The position numbers and the translations under genes are program-made. A DNA stretch of 64,000 nucleotides from a virus (Duplodnaviria > Caudoviricetes). Under the pieces are notes generated by a model. It was not told the DNA's origin and did no database searches. It saw only the letters and a list, made by a program, of their open reading frames with translations. Each line of letters begins with the position of its first letter. Position 1 is the first letter of the stretch. The stretch is from positions 1 to 64,000 of IMG/VR virus record IMGVR_UViG_3300031998_000028; one strand, written 5' to 3'. Shown one piece after another: positions 14,231 to 25,183 of the stretch.

Positions 14231-14704
14231 TTACTCATAATATTTGGCATATTGATTATCAGATGCCAATGTTACTCCAAGAATATCATCATATCGACTG
14301 GCCGCGTTTGGAATATAACGACCAAACTTTATAATGATATTGCCAAATGATACCACTTTAGGTATTTCTTTTTCTAACTCATCTTCTGTATAGCCAGTAT
14401 AGATGATTATTACATCTTTTGAACGTCTACGAAAACGGTCTATAAAAGGATAAAGTTCGTCTAAACTGTCAAAAGGTTCAAGACCGCCGCAGACCACAGC
14501 GTGTGTTAGAGGATTGGCTTCATATATATTTAAAATATCATATATATCTACGCTTAATATTGGTTCTTTTATTAATTGACTATTTTGACAAATCTTAGTG
14601 CCAAAATCTGCATCACATTTAAAATTACAATACGGGAACGCTATAAAGAGAGCTGGCTCTTTGTAATTTACAATATCATAATCATTCAATCCGCGAATCT
14701 GCAT
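14231..14704 (-). CDS. nrdG: Anaerobic ribonucleotide reductase activase
   Basis: CNFKC...C radical-SAM-type cysteines, GGLEPF, IYTGY, KFGRY, SDNQY; adjacent to nrdD. Confidence 0.85.
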   Translation of the reverse strand: MQIRGLNDYDIVNYKEPALFIAFPYCNFKCDADFGTKICQNSQLIKEPILSVDIYDILNIYEANPLTHAVVCGGLEPFDSLDELYPFIDRFRRRSKDVIIIYTGYTEDELEKEIPKVVSFGNIIIKFGRYIPNAASRYDDILGVTLASDNQYAKYYE

Positions 14705-16613
14705 TTACATCCATCCACTTTCTCATTTTAAATTCTGCTTTGCGCTCTTTTGAATAAGTTTTAATTGGTGTATAAAAACCAACAATTCGAGTATATTCTG
14801 TCTCTACTGGTTCACCGCATATTGGACAAGTTTTACCATAAAAAGCGTGATTATGCTTGCAGGCTTGAATTTTAGTATTAAATGCAAAATAGGTTACGCC
14901 TTGGTCAGAAATGTAATTTAACATATCCCAAGCCTGTTCAAACGAATTAAACGGAGCTTCAATATTTACATGGAGAATAGAACCACCATTACAATATTTA
15001 TCAAATAAAGAAGCAATTCTAACTCGTTCTGTAAGAGTGGTTTGAATTCCAAGAGGAATAAACTGGTTGCCGTAAAGTGGTAAGTCATCTACCACACTTT
15101 CTACATATAGCAGTTTATCTTTCTTCATTAATTTTGCGGCCGCGCTTTCTCCGGGAATTTGTTCTGTGTTTACCATATAATCTTTATCTATACAGAATAC
15201 ATCTTTGACGTTGCGAATAGTATCAAAAATCTTTTTGCCAAAGGCTGCAGCTTCGGGCTTGTAAAAAGTGTTACCAAGCGAATCTTGTTCTGTATAGCCA
15301 AAAGATTTCATTGTTTCATAAATACCAATAAATCCAATTGTATTATATAAATGTTCAAAATCAACCATCCCAAGTGTAAAGTTTTTAAGAAGCCCTTTTT
15401 CTACATTTCGAGAAATAATATGGCGTACGCAATCCAAAACTTCAAGGTCAAGTTGAACCATATCACGAAGTGCAGTTAAATAACTTTGCTCTGTGGTATT
15501 TTCCAGGGCCAAGCGCGCGAGGTTGATGGTTGAAACTTTAACTGAACCTACTTTGAGGGCGGTGCCACCAATAGAATTAAAGTACCCAAGGTCTTCAATA
15601 TTTGACTTTAAACGGCAGCAATTACTTAAACTATTGACGCTATCATCTATAAAAATATTGGAATCATTCCATTTCATGTTATGGCGCACAGCCCATTCTG
15701 CAAATTCTTTATCTTGGAATTCACCATTTTGTTTAAGAAGAGAAATTGTGGATACAGGAAAAGTCATCATATTATGTGACCTAATTTCACTCATACTTTC
15801 TAAATAAATCTTTTGGAAATCCATTATTTCTTCTATTTCATCAACCATTAGTTCCCCGTCGGGGAAAACAGCACCGCCGAAAAGAGCCATAAGATAAACT
15901 CTATCAAAAGCACTTGTATTAGTAAAAGCAGACTGAATACCGCCACGTAGGAAAGGCTGATTAAGAGCGTATATAAGACGTTGTATGTGTTGCTCTGCGT
16001 ATTTTCTTGGAGTGACAGTAAAATACCCATCACGCACGTCCCTACTCCAGAAATAATACATATAGGGAATAAGATTTGGAAGGCCAACTGCGCCACTTGA
16101 GCGATTGCATGCATAACTTACAAACTCCTTGACAAAGTCGATAAAAGTACCTAAATGCTTCGGCGGCTCTGCATTGAAGTTTTCAATAAAATACAAACCT
16201 TTTTCCGCAAGGTCTTTTAGGTCATAAGCAAAACAATAATGAACAAAACTGGTGGTATTAGCATCGTGCATATACAAATGGCCATTCCATTCGTTTTCAA
16301 GCCATTCGTTTGCGCGCTTAAAACCGTATCGCTTATTCATCTCGTGATAAATCTTATTAAAGGCCAAAAGTTTTTGATGCGGCTTAGGCATCTCATTCAT
16401 CAAAGTCACTATATCTTTATGGCCTACATTTGCATTGCCATCAATAGAGGCATCTGCAACCGTATCTTTATCAACAAAAGCGTCAATAAAATCAGTATAT
16501 GAAAGCTGTCCATCGGAGAAACCATTGATGGCCGCCATTTCTTCACCGTATTTTTCTTGCATACGGTTATATTGAGTTGTAAAATTTTTACTTAAACGAA
16601 TATTTATATTCAT
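14682..16613 (-). CDS. nrdD: Class III (anaerobic) ribonucleoside-triphosphate reductase, no ATP-cone
   Basis: YMHD, YC, TFPV, NCCRL finger loop, C-terminal Zn site (CKHNH...CPIC) and glycyl-radical loop TRIVGFY. Confidence 0.93.
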   Translation of the reverse strand: MNINIRLSKNFTTQYNRMQEKYGEEMAAINGFSDGQLSYTDFIDAFVDKDTVADASIDGNANVGHKDIVTLMNEMPKPHQKLLAFNKIYHEMNKRYGFKRANEWLENEWNGHLYMHDANTTSFVHYCFAYDLKDLAEKGLYFIENFNAEPPKHLGTFIDFVKEFVSYACNRSSGAVGLPNLIPYMYYFWSRDVRDGYFTVTPRKYAEQHIQRLIYALNQPFLRGGIQSAFTNTSAFDRVYLMALFGGAVFPDGELMVDEIEEIMDFQKIYLESMSEIRSHNMMTFPVSTISLLKQNGEFQDKEFAEWAVRHNMKWNDSNIFIDDSVNSLSNCCRLKSNIEDLGYFNSIGGTALKVGSVKVSTINLARLALENTTEQSYLTALRDMVQLDLEVLDCVRHIISRNVEKGLLKNFTLGMVDFEHLYNTIGFIGIYETMKSFGYTEQDSLGNTFYKPEAAAFGKKIFDTIRNVKDVFCIDKDYMVNTEQIPGESAAAKLMKKDKLLYVESVVDDLPLYGNQFIPLGIQTTLTERVRIASLFDKYCNGGSILHVNIEAPFNSFEQAWDMLNYISDQGVTYFAFNTKIQACKHNHAFYGKTCPICGEPVETEYTRIVGFYTPIKTYSKERKAEFKMRKWMDVNADSRIE

Positions 16614-16813
16614 GGCTGCGCGTTCACCCACTTAATTGCATTTGCAAAAGGCAAATAGGTTTCATCGTCTATTTTAAGCATCGGCGCGGCCTTAAAGTCG
16701 AGCTTTCTCATTTCTTCTTGATTGTCACAAATTTCGTACTCAATATTTTTCTTATTGAGTTTCATTTCTAATGCTTTACATTGAGGGCAATGAGTGCTAT
16801 AAAGAATAATCAT
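16610..16813 (-). CDS. Glutaredoxin/NrdH-like redoxin
   Basis: LYSTHCPQC and KAAPML motifs; overlaps nrdD start (ATGA). Confidence 0.85.
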   Translation of the reverse strand: MIILYSTHCPQCKALEMKLNKKNIEYEICDNQEEMRKLDFKAAPMLKIDDETYLPFANAIKWVNAQP

Positions 16814-17004
16814 TCAGCTTCCTCCTCAGAAAGGTCACAATAAATGCAAAGGCCATTCTCAAACTTGTGCTGACAGCGAGCTTGAAGTTCACCTTTTTCG
16901 CGCGCAAGTTGCTTAATTTTATCTGTAAGTACAAATTGATTGATTATATCAAAGATTTCATCATTAATTTCATTAATCCTCTGACGGGTTTCTTGTCCAT
17001 CCAT
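16810..17004 (-). CDS. Small hypothetical Zn-finger protein
   Basis: CQH...CIYC; translationally coupled to neighbours. Confidence 0.6.
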   Translation of the reverse strand: MDGQETRQRINEINDEIFDIINQFVLTDKIKQLAREKGELQARCQHKFENGLCIYCDLSEEEAE

Positions 17005-18118
17005 ATTCTAATTTTCCTCCATTCAAAATTACACCAGGCGCGCTATAGAATTTTTCAAATACATCATAATTATGTTCACGTATGTATTGAAATGATTCAC
17101 GCATTTGTTCTTTTGTTACTGTTAAATGCTACCAAGGAAAAGGTTCAATATATGCGACCTTACTTGAAGAGCAGTATCCGTACAAGGTGCGGCCGCCTGG
17201 TTTTGGTAAATCTTCAATAAAAGTTTTTCCATACCAGCAATTGATAAGCTTCATAAGATTTAATAATGCTGGAGTTTGGAAAAAATCTTCATCAATATTA
17301 AGTAAAATTTTTGTTTTATATTTACGTAAAAATAAAGCTTGTTTATAAATTTGTGGTAAGACGTTTATCACGAAATCATCTTCATTCTAACATTTATATG
17401 TAAAGTTATATATGGTTTGACGTAGACTCATGGATGAATCTTCAAGAAGTTCAATAAGCTATTCATCTGTAAGTAAACCGTTATATTGAAGATAAAAGCA
17501 ATTACCCATTGGATAAATATTTAACCATTTTTTAAGGTCTTCAAAGGTATAGACATTAATAGGATATTTATTACCAATGTGGTACATAAGCCCGCGCGGT
17601 CTAGCAGTCATTATATCATAGACCATATCATAGCTATTCGGTATGGCGGCCAAGTCATAGTCATGTAGAATTACACACGGATGGCGCGGCCGCAGTCGCT
17701 CGTATGGAAAAGGAAGTATTGTTTGTCCATTTAGTGACAATCTAAAGTGAGTTGCAGTTAATAATGTCTTTATTTGCTATGCTTCCTTTTTTGTATCTCC
17801 ATAATAACTGGTATAACGTCGATATATTTCAAAATCTGGCTCTATAAGTTCTGCTTCCTATGGAAGCGTGTGATATGTCTACGAAAAGGCACGCCCGCCA
17901 TATATAACATTTGATTTTAATATGTCTGTATTATATATACCATCATCATATTCTTTACGGAAATATGCAGTAGTATACCGTTCTGGCTCAAAATTGCTAT
18001 GAAAAACAGTTACGTTTCGTTTCTTTTTAAGGTAGGCCGCGAGTTTAGCACATTCAAGATTGGGAATTACTCCAGGGTAATGGAAGTAGTCGTAGTCATA
18101 AACTAAAGCTACTCCCAT
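16973..18118 (-). CDS. Degenerate radical-SAM-like phage protein (381 aa, TAG=Gln)
   Basis: Joins track ORFs 17879, 17459 and 17129 in one frame to TAA; N-terminus DYD...PNLECAKLAAYLK...YGGRAF...PDFEIY resembles a phage radical-SAM family, but there is no CxxxCxxC. Confidence 0.6.
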
Positions 18119-21100
18119 TACGCCACCTCTACTCGTTCATGCTTAATTATAAGTCGCGCGCCGTCAACTCCAACAATTTGTTCTACTTTGTGATATGGAG
18201 TCCGGCTATATGTCTTTGCAATAAAATCATCATCTTCTCGAATACCAGTAATAATGATTTTGTTGCCGCGAGTAAACATAGATTTTTCTATAATGTGCTT
18301 TTTCCCGTCGGCGCCTCGTTCAGAGATTTGTTTGTCATATTGCTCAAATACGCCGCCATAGATTTTTACATTTACTACTCCCGTAGTTGTAAGAATTGTA
18401 ACTGTTTTCTTTGCTTTATTACGGTCGAGGACTGTACCAGCAATACGCCGCAAAGTAAAGATTGGAACTTGTTTTCCTTTAATGGGAATAACACGTTCAA
18501 CCTCTGGCGTAGTGCTCAAATCAAAGAAATCATCAATTTGATACATACTTAAATCAATATTAGCAAGTTCGTGCGGATGGGAATAAAACGACACAGAATC
18601 CATTTCCCATTTACTAATTGTGCCCGTGCAATATTTATTCCATACATCTTCAGTGAGACGATTATTCACAGCAGTTAAAAGTTCTGCATTATTTTTCTTT
18701 ACAAAAGGACGAATAATATCCATTTGCTTTTGATAGATATTATCCCATGTAGATTGTTTAATTTTGAAACCGCTTTCAGTTTCGTCAGTTTGGGTTAACA
18801 TATCTATATCAAAATTTTTCTCTATAAAATTCATAGCGATATTATCTATACCATAATATGTACTATCTAATTTCATTTTCTTTAAATATTTATTAAAATT
18901 GAAGACACGACGCTGCATATCGTATTCATCCGGAATTAATCCAAAGTCGATTAACATACGCATATTTTGTAGAGTGATGCGCTTTTTAGTATCGCTTATC
19001 ATATCTACATATTGATGCATTATGTCGGTCCGCGCGCCGAAGCCATCAAAAGCACCGGATTTAATGAGATTTATCATCTGTACTTTATTAACTTTTACTC
19101 GCGCAAGGAAATCAGATATGGATGTATATGGACGATTTGCGATTATAAGTTTTACTAAGTCTTCTCCAATACGTGAAATACCACTTATACCATAACGAAT
19201 TATATTAGCGTCCATATCAGGAGAGAATGTAAAGGTTGATTTATTGATATCTGGTGGCTCAACCGTAATGCCGCTCATACGCATTTTACCAATTGCAGTT
19301 GCTATTTTTCCATAGTTTGTTGCGGCCACTCGTTTCTTTTTCTTGCCGTCTTTCATTACAAGAACTTCTGCGGGATAACCATCACAATCCTCTTCATCAT
19401 AGGAATCTTCTACATCCTCTTCATTATCATCCTCAGCAAACTCTTCCATCTCATTAGAATAGGTTTCTTCGGTTGGGTCGAGATTAATATCCTCTTCTTC
19501 CTCTTCTTGCTCGTTGCCGCCTGCATCTGTAATCAAACAAGCACAGTTCCAAAAGATAATGGGATATTTATAAGCAAGATTCATTTCTTGAAGAGCGATT
19601 AAACTATACGCAAGAGTATGAGATTGGTTCTTTACCACACTTAGTTTCCTAAGCCAGTTAGACTGTTGTGGTCTGGACTATACCATCATCCTTATCTAAT
19701 AAGGCGTCGTTATTATAGTCTCTGAACGTCTTTCTCAAATTATTATACTTTCTATTCATTCCAAATGGTTTATTATAAACTAAAGCAATAATTTGAGAAA
19801 TTTCGCTGCGGATTATCTAATCTTTAATAATTTTACCTTACCCGTACTTTTTCTGTGCGGCCACCATATACGTTGCCGTTATAGTTTGGTTATTAAAGCT
19901 CTAAAGAACTTCCCGCAATTTAAACGATTTTTTACTATATGTTGCCATATAGGGATTCAATTAAATTCTAAATCCATAACCTTTACTCATAGCAATCAAA
20001 ACGTCCCATACATAATGTGCAAATTTAGCATTTATACCTTTCTCTGCGGTTACACGATAAAACTCCTTTGTAAGTGCGTCGTAGTCTTTAGGGTTCTTTT
20101 TTGCTATTGACTTACGGAGCTTGTCTGCCCATGTCAGTCCAAAACCGCCGAGTTCGGGAAGCTGAACAAGTTCCATGAATTGTTCCTGTGCGATACAAAG
20201 ACCATAAGACATACCGAGAACTGGTTCCAGGATTTTTTGCTCTTGCGCGCCCAGCCCATATTTTTCGATTTCACGACTCCACGCATCGGGATTTGCTTTG
20301 AAGCGCGCGAGCTTGTTGGTTGGCATTTCTCCACCTTTTTCTTGAGCCATAAGACGAATTGTAGAGTTAAGAATTGCCAAGTCGTCAACGGATGTAGGCT
20401 TCAGAGTGGCTATGCCGTTAATACCGGATTGCTTTTCCATTTGGAATAGGGATTGAATCTCATGATTCCAAACCATTTCCCACATCTTTGGGTCATCACG
20501 TTCTATATTATAAATACCAATTATATTCTCATAAGTGGCTTTAAGAGAAGGTTCGCGCTCAACTAAACCTGCATCACAAAGCAAATCAATGCAATTATGA
20601 ATCTTATCCATCGCTTCGACAGAAAGTGCATCATATTTAATGAGTGATACAGCTTCAGAGTCATGTAATTCAAACTGCGTGCAGATTGTACCATCGGGCG
20701 CGCGCATGAGAGCAGTAGATTCAGTAAAAGGTTCATCAACAAAGATTACACCGCCGGCATGAATACCAGAGCCGCAAATCAACCCCTCAATTTTTTGGGC
20801 AACATTCCACAATTCAGAGTAGTTATTCATTTCAACGATGAATTGCTTTATGGGTGGATAATCATTTTCTTCATCACCGTTATAACACTGGGATAAAGTA
20901 CGAAGCATACCGCGGTCAGCGGGAATAAGACTTGCAATATATTGAGCAATATCTACATCAATTCCCAGACCGCGCGCAGCGGTCAAAATCGCAGATTTTG
21001 ACTTTTCGGTTCGAAAGGTTGCGACATTGGCAACTCTATCTTCACCATAATATTTACGGAAAGCACTTAATACCTGAGCACGGCGGCCGCCCTCAATGTC

Positions 21101-22470
21101 AAAGTCAACATCAAGAACAGAGACACGCTCCGGATTTAGGAAACGCCAACGGAATGTACGTGTGTTTTCTCTTAATGGATTGATTTGAGTAATATCCAAA
21201 CAATATAGAAGAATAAAACCCACTCCAGAACCTCTACCACAACCGACAAGACTACCAGCCTCCCAGCAAATGTCAATAATATTTTGAAGATTTAAATAAT
21301 ATGCACTCCAGCGCGCCTTATTGACTTCTGATGATATCCATGTGTCTTCGAGACACGCATTTATTTCATCATATGCTTCTTTTGTATTAAGGTCAAAATG
21401 TCTATAAATACCATCAATAACCGCATTTACAAGATATTTGTCTGCTGCGTATTCGGATTCATAAAATGTTTTAAGCATAGGAATACGCTTAAACCACATA
21501 GGATATTCAGTATAGTAACTAAGAACGGGCTTCCATTTTAATGTAGGAATATTGAGTGGCCGCAAGAGACTATAGTCTTGAATACTATCTTTAATCTTTA
21601 AGATATTTTGATATGCAACTTGAATTTGCTCTTCTGTCATATACTTAAAGAAAGATTCAAGTTCTTCTGTCCCCATCATATAGGTAGTCGCATAGAATTC
21701 ATCTACTTCGCGCTCGCCATTCTGTGCATTAAGATACGCCTTATGAACTACTCTATCTTCTTTCTTTAAATAGTGGGAGTCAGTTGTAATAATATAAGGA
21801 ACATCATATGTTTTAGAATAATCAAGAAGTCTTTTATTTACAATAATTTGTTCACTATTTTTTGAAGGCTGCATTTCAAGATAGAAATTCCCTTCGCCAA
21901 AAAGATTCTTTAATTGAGTAATCCAAGTACCAAGTTTTGCTTCTGATGTACCTTTGAGGATTTGCGTTGGAAGCGCGCCGCCAAGGCAAGCAGTAGAGCC
22001 AATTACATGACCAGGGTCAGCACCGATAATCTCAAATAAGTCATTGTAGTATGTAGGAACTCGCCGCATACCACGAGCCATGTAACTGCGCATCCATGCT
22101 CGCGTTGAAATTTCTCGAATCTGCCGCGCGCCTACTGCGTCCTTTGCCAATAGAATAAAGTGATAATATCTATCTACTTCTCTATTATAGTTTTGTGCGT
22201 TTAAACCGTTTCTACAAAGATAAATCTCATTTCCAAGAATTACTTTAAGGTCTGGATACTTCTCTTTAAGTTTTTTAGCTGCATTTTCAGCCTTAACCCA
22301 TCCACTAATACTTTCATGGTCAGTTAAGGCTACTACTTTGTGTCCAAGTTCTCCTGCGTAATTAAATAATTCATCTATTTTGTTGATGCAGTCACGTAGA
22401 CGAATATTTGACGCTAAGAATAATCGCTATGGTTATGGAGCGATCCTGGATAACTAAGTCGATTATTCAT
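18118..22470 (-). CDS. dnaE: DNA polymerase III alpha subunit; join(22470..22417, 22408..19970, 19629..18118)
   Basis: PHP motifs LHNHSDYS / ALTDHES / GNEIY / TDSHY, GRGSGVG, LDVDFD, HAGG, KYDAL, GYGF|NQSH and OB-fold C-terminus; interrupted by an 8-nt frame disruption and a group I intron. Confidence 0.92.
19630..19969 (-). mobile_element. Group I self-splicing intron (340 nt, no ORF) in dnaE
   Basis: Exon1 ends GGATTT, which pairs with intron GAATCC (U.G at the splice site); core elements AATTGCGGGAA (P), AATCCGCAGC (Q), GTTCAGAGACTATA (R), GGTATAGTCC (S); terminal G. Removal restores GYGF-NQSH. Confidence 0.92.
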
Positions 22471-23101
22471 TAACATCACCACCTTTCATGATTTCTTCAA
22501 TAAAATAATTACTATGAGTATTTGTTTCTTTCTTAAAATTATTCCACTCTTCCATGGTCATGTCTCGTTTGTTTAAATTTTCAAAAAGAGTTAGAAATTG
22601 TAAATTATTTAATTCGTTTGTTCCCCCACGTGATTTTGGCATGATATGATCTATTGAAGGTTTTGCTAAATCATAGAAGGTCGAACTATGCAGTTGTTTT
22701 TGCCAGAAATCATAGAGTTGATTAAATTGTAACTAATAATAAAAATACTCAATATAATCGGTATATTTGTTTATATCAATATTAGTCAAATTAATTGTCC
22801 GTGTAATACTTCTATGAATAAATAAAAATTTATCGAAATCATCAAAAGAGCATAGGTATTCTTCCGTTAGAGTTTTTACACCATTTGTTGCCAAAAAAGC
22901 ATCAATTTTCCGCAGACAGCCACAAGATTTAGTATGCCTTGCACAAGTTAATAATCTCTATTCAACTTGAGTTATGTTTCCACAATCACACTAACAATAC
23001 CATTCTTTCCTTCTTCCGGCATTTCTTCTTTTGTCTACAGGAACTAGAGAGAGCACGGTTAATCTTCCTATTCTCTAATTAGTTAAATCTTTTCCCTACA
23101 T
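22463..23101 (-). CDS. Free-standing HNH homing endonuclease (212 aa, TAG=Gln)
   Basis: MQGKDLTNQRIGRLTV...WYCQCDCG...SCGC and SIDHIMPKSRGGTNELNNLQFLTLFENLNK; 5 in-frame TAG including codon 2; stop overlaps the dnaE start region. Confidence 0.85.
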
Positions 23102-23102
23102 A

Positions 23103-23291
23103 TTAATTCACAAAAGACCCAGAGTCAATAATAACTCCATTTTCTTCTAGTACAAATCTAATATTTTTAGTATTATTTTTAAAACTATACTCCATTATAA
23201 GTTCATCATAATGGTCGTAAGCTTCATTTATATCATCAGTTTCAAAAGAATTTAATGTTAATAGATTTGGTGAATATACTTTATACCTCAT
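23103..23291 (-). CDS. Hypothetical protein
   Basis: AAGGAG SD, directly downstream of a consensus promoter. Confidence 0.65.
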   Translation of the reverse strand: MRYKVYSPNLLTLNSFETDDINEAYDHYDELIMEYSFKNNTKNIRFVLEENGVIIDSGSFVN

Positions 23292-23324
23292 TCAATCACG
23301 CTCCTTTTCCTATTTTCTATAATA

Positions 23325-23353
23325 ATTATACCATAAATTCAAACAAAAGTCAA
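23325..23353 (-). promoter_or_regulatory. sigmaA-type promoter for the HNH/dnaE/nrd operon
   Basis: TTGACT-N17-TATAAT with extended TG. Confidence 0.8.
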
Positions 23354-23432
23354 TTTTAATGTAGGCCGGTTAACCATTTAATCCATATAATTCCTACTAT
23401 TAAAACTAAAATCCAAAACATAGCATATCCTT

Positions 23433-25172
23433 TCAGAATGTAAGTAAATCATCTATTACTTCATAGTTCTCAATAAATATCTGCGGTGTTATATTTCCCA
23501 TCCATTCATTTAGATTCGCTCTACCTACAATATTCATTTTTATCTCATTACACTTCTCTAATTGTTTTATCATTTCAGTTGCGTGGAATTTCATATATGC
23601 CATTCCATTAACTGTTATTTTTACTGTGTCTTTATTCGCGCCCATGATACGAATGTCATCAGCTTGAACATATATATTTTTAACACAAATAAGTGGTTCT
23701 GGATTGCCTTGACCCCAAATCTCTGGATTCGAAGCAAGCTCATATACTAATTGAATCAAATCTGAGCTATCTCCACTTCTTTCAAAGTTTACATCATACG
23801 CACCGATATTAAAGTCAATATTACTTAAAGCTTGGTTTGCATATTTGTGGAAGGCGCGCAAGTTAGAGTCGAGGATTGAAGCACCAGCCGCATTGGCATG
23901 GCCCTGAACATATTCAAAATATCCACTTTCATTAAGAAATGATTTGAGGTCAGTAAGTTCACAGTCTGATACATTTCGTATTGACCCTCGGTCGTATCCT
24001 TCTGCGTTAAGACGCGCAACAATTGTTGGACGTTTAAAACGCGCGGCCAGCTTCATAGCAATAAGACCATTTATTTCCGGTGGGAAATCATCATCTTCAT
24101 CTAATCTCACAAAAAGAATTTTATTATCCAAAAGGTCATGTTTGTAAATTTTTTGTTCGAGTTTATCAACCATTTGGTCTGTAATACGGCCTTGTTTGGA
24201 TTTTGCATTAGTACATTCTCTAAGTGATTCGATTGCAACTTCTTCAAGAGTGCCTGCCGCGCCACGTTTGTTGCATGGGACTTTACGATGACCGTCAACT
24301 AGCCCCAGGAATAGACGTTCTTTTTCTTCCATTGTACCTACACGAATGAGTGCATTCATCATAGGAACTATATAGAAGGCAACAGTTGTTGGATTTACTT
24401 CGCCGCCCATTGAGTATGATTGCTTTTCGATTGCACTTCGGAAGAAATAATTACTAACATTCTCAAACCCATTCTTCATTATATAACGATTTTCAAGATT
24501 TAAAACTGAACCCATATCACCACACACACCCAGGGCCGCGAGGTCAATTAAAGTTTTTGCAAATAACCTATAAGCTAAATTCTGCTCAGCATGACATCTA
24601 CAGAATTGCCAGGTGACTCCTGCGCCAGTAAGGTCTTTATTGGAATAGTTAGGTGATAGCTGGTTATTGATAATACAAGCATATTGACTTATGGCTTGTC
24701 CTTCATCTATTTCATGATGATCAAGGATTAGGAACTTTGTACCTCGCGCGCCGATGCCTTCGTGAAAGTCAAAATCATTACTTGAACTATCTGGTAGTAT
24801 AATTAAATCATAAACTATATCTCCGCTTATAAGTTTTTCATAATGGTCTTGAAGTCCATGTTCTTTATGCTCGTGTAATACAAAATTTATATATTGCCCC
24901 GGCGCGATATATGTTATGTAATTATATATAATCGCAGCAGAGGTATAACCATCAACATCACTATCAACTACTATTAAAATAGTTGAGTTTTCTTTCTGTA
25001 AAGTTTCTTGTAATAAATTAATTCCTTTCTCTATATTAGTTAAATCATGTGGGTCATTTAGCGCGGTTGTGGGTGGATTTAGATAGAGCTCTAAATCTTT
25101 TATGCCGCGCGCAGCAAGTAAGTTTTTGAGATAGTCTTGCTGCCAATTTTCATTTATTAAATTTATTTTCAT
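23433..25172 (-). CDS. recJ: RecJ-like DHH-family ssDNA exonuclease
   Basis: DSDVDG, LDHH, DLAALGVCGD, GSIR and GHANAAG motifs. Confidence 0.88.
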   Translation of the reverse strand: MKINLINENWQQDYLKNLLAARGIKDLELYLNPPTTALNDPHDLTNIEKGINLLQETLQKENSTILIVVDSDVDGYTSAAIIYNYITYIAPGQYINFVLHEHKEHGLQDHYEKLISGDIVYDLIILPDSSSNDFDFHEGIGARGTKFLILDHHEIDEGQAISQYACIINNQLSPNYSNKDLTGAGVTWQFCRCHAEQNLAYRLFAKTLIDLAALGVCGDMGSVLNLENRYIMKNGFENVSNYFFRSAIEKQSYSMGGEVNPTTVAFYIVPMMNALIRVGTMEEKERLFLGLVDGHRKVPCNKRGAAGTLEEVAIESLRECTNAKSKQGRITDQMVDKLEQKIYKHDLLDNKILFVRLDEDDDFPPEINGLIAMKLAARFKRPTIVARLNAEGYDRGSIRNVSDCELTDLKSFLNESGYFEYVQGHANAAGASILDSNLRAFHKYANQALSNIDFNIGAYDVNFERSGDSSDLIQLVYELASNPEIWGQGNPEPLICVKNIYVQADDIRIMGANKDTVKITVNGMAYMKFHATEMIKQLEKCNEIKMNIVGRANLNEWMGNITPQIFIENYEVIDDLLTF

Positions 25173-25183
25173 CTTTTCTCCAT

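Noticed and set aside
19380-19510. Acidic low-complexity insert in DnaE as a mobile element
   Set aside because: In frame, with no element boundaries; best read as an acidic loop.
19630-19969. Intein or naturally split DnaE
   Set aside because: The insert has stops and is not a multiple of 3; it carries group I RNA core motifs and no intein Cys/His-Asn termini.
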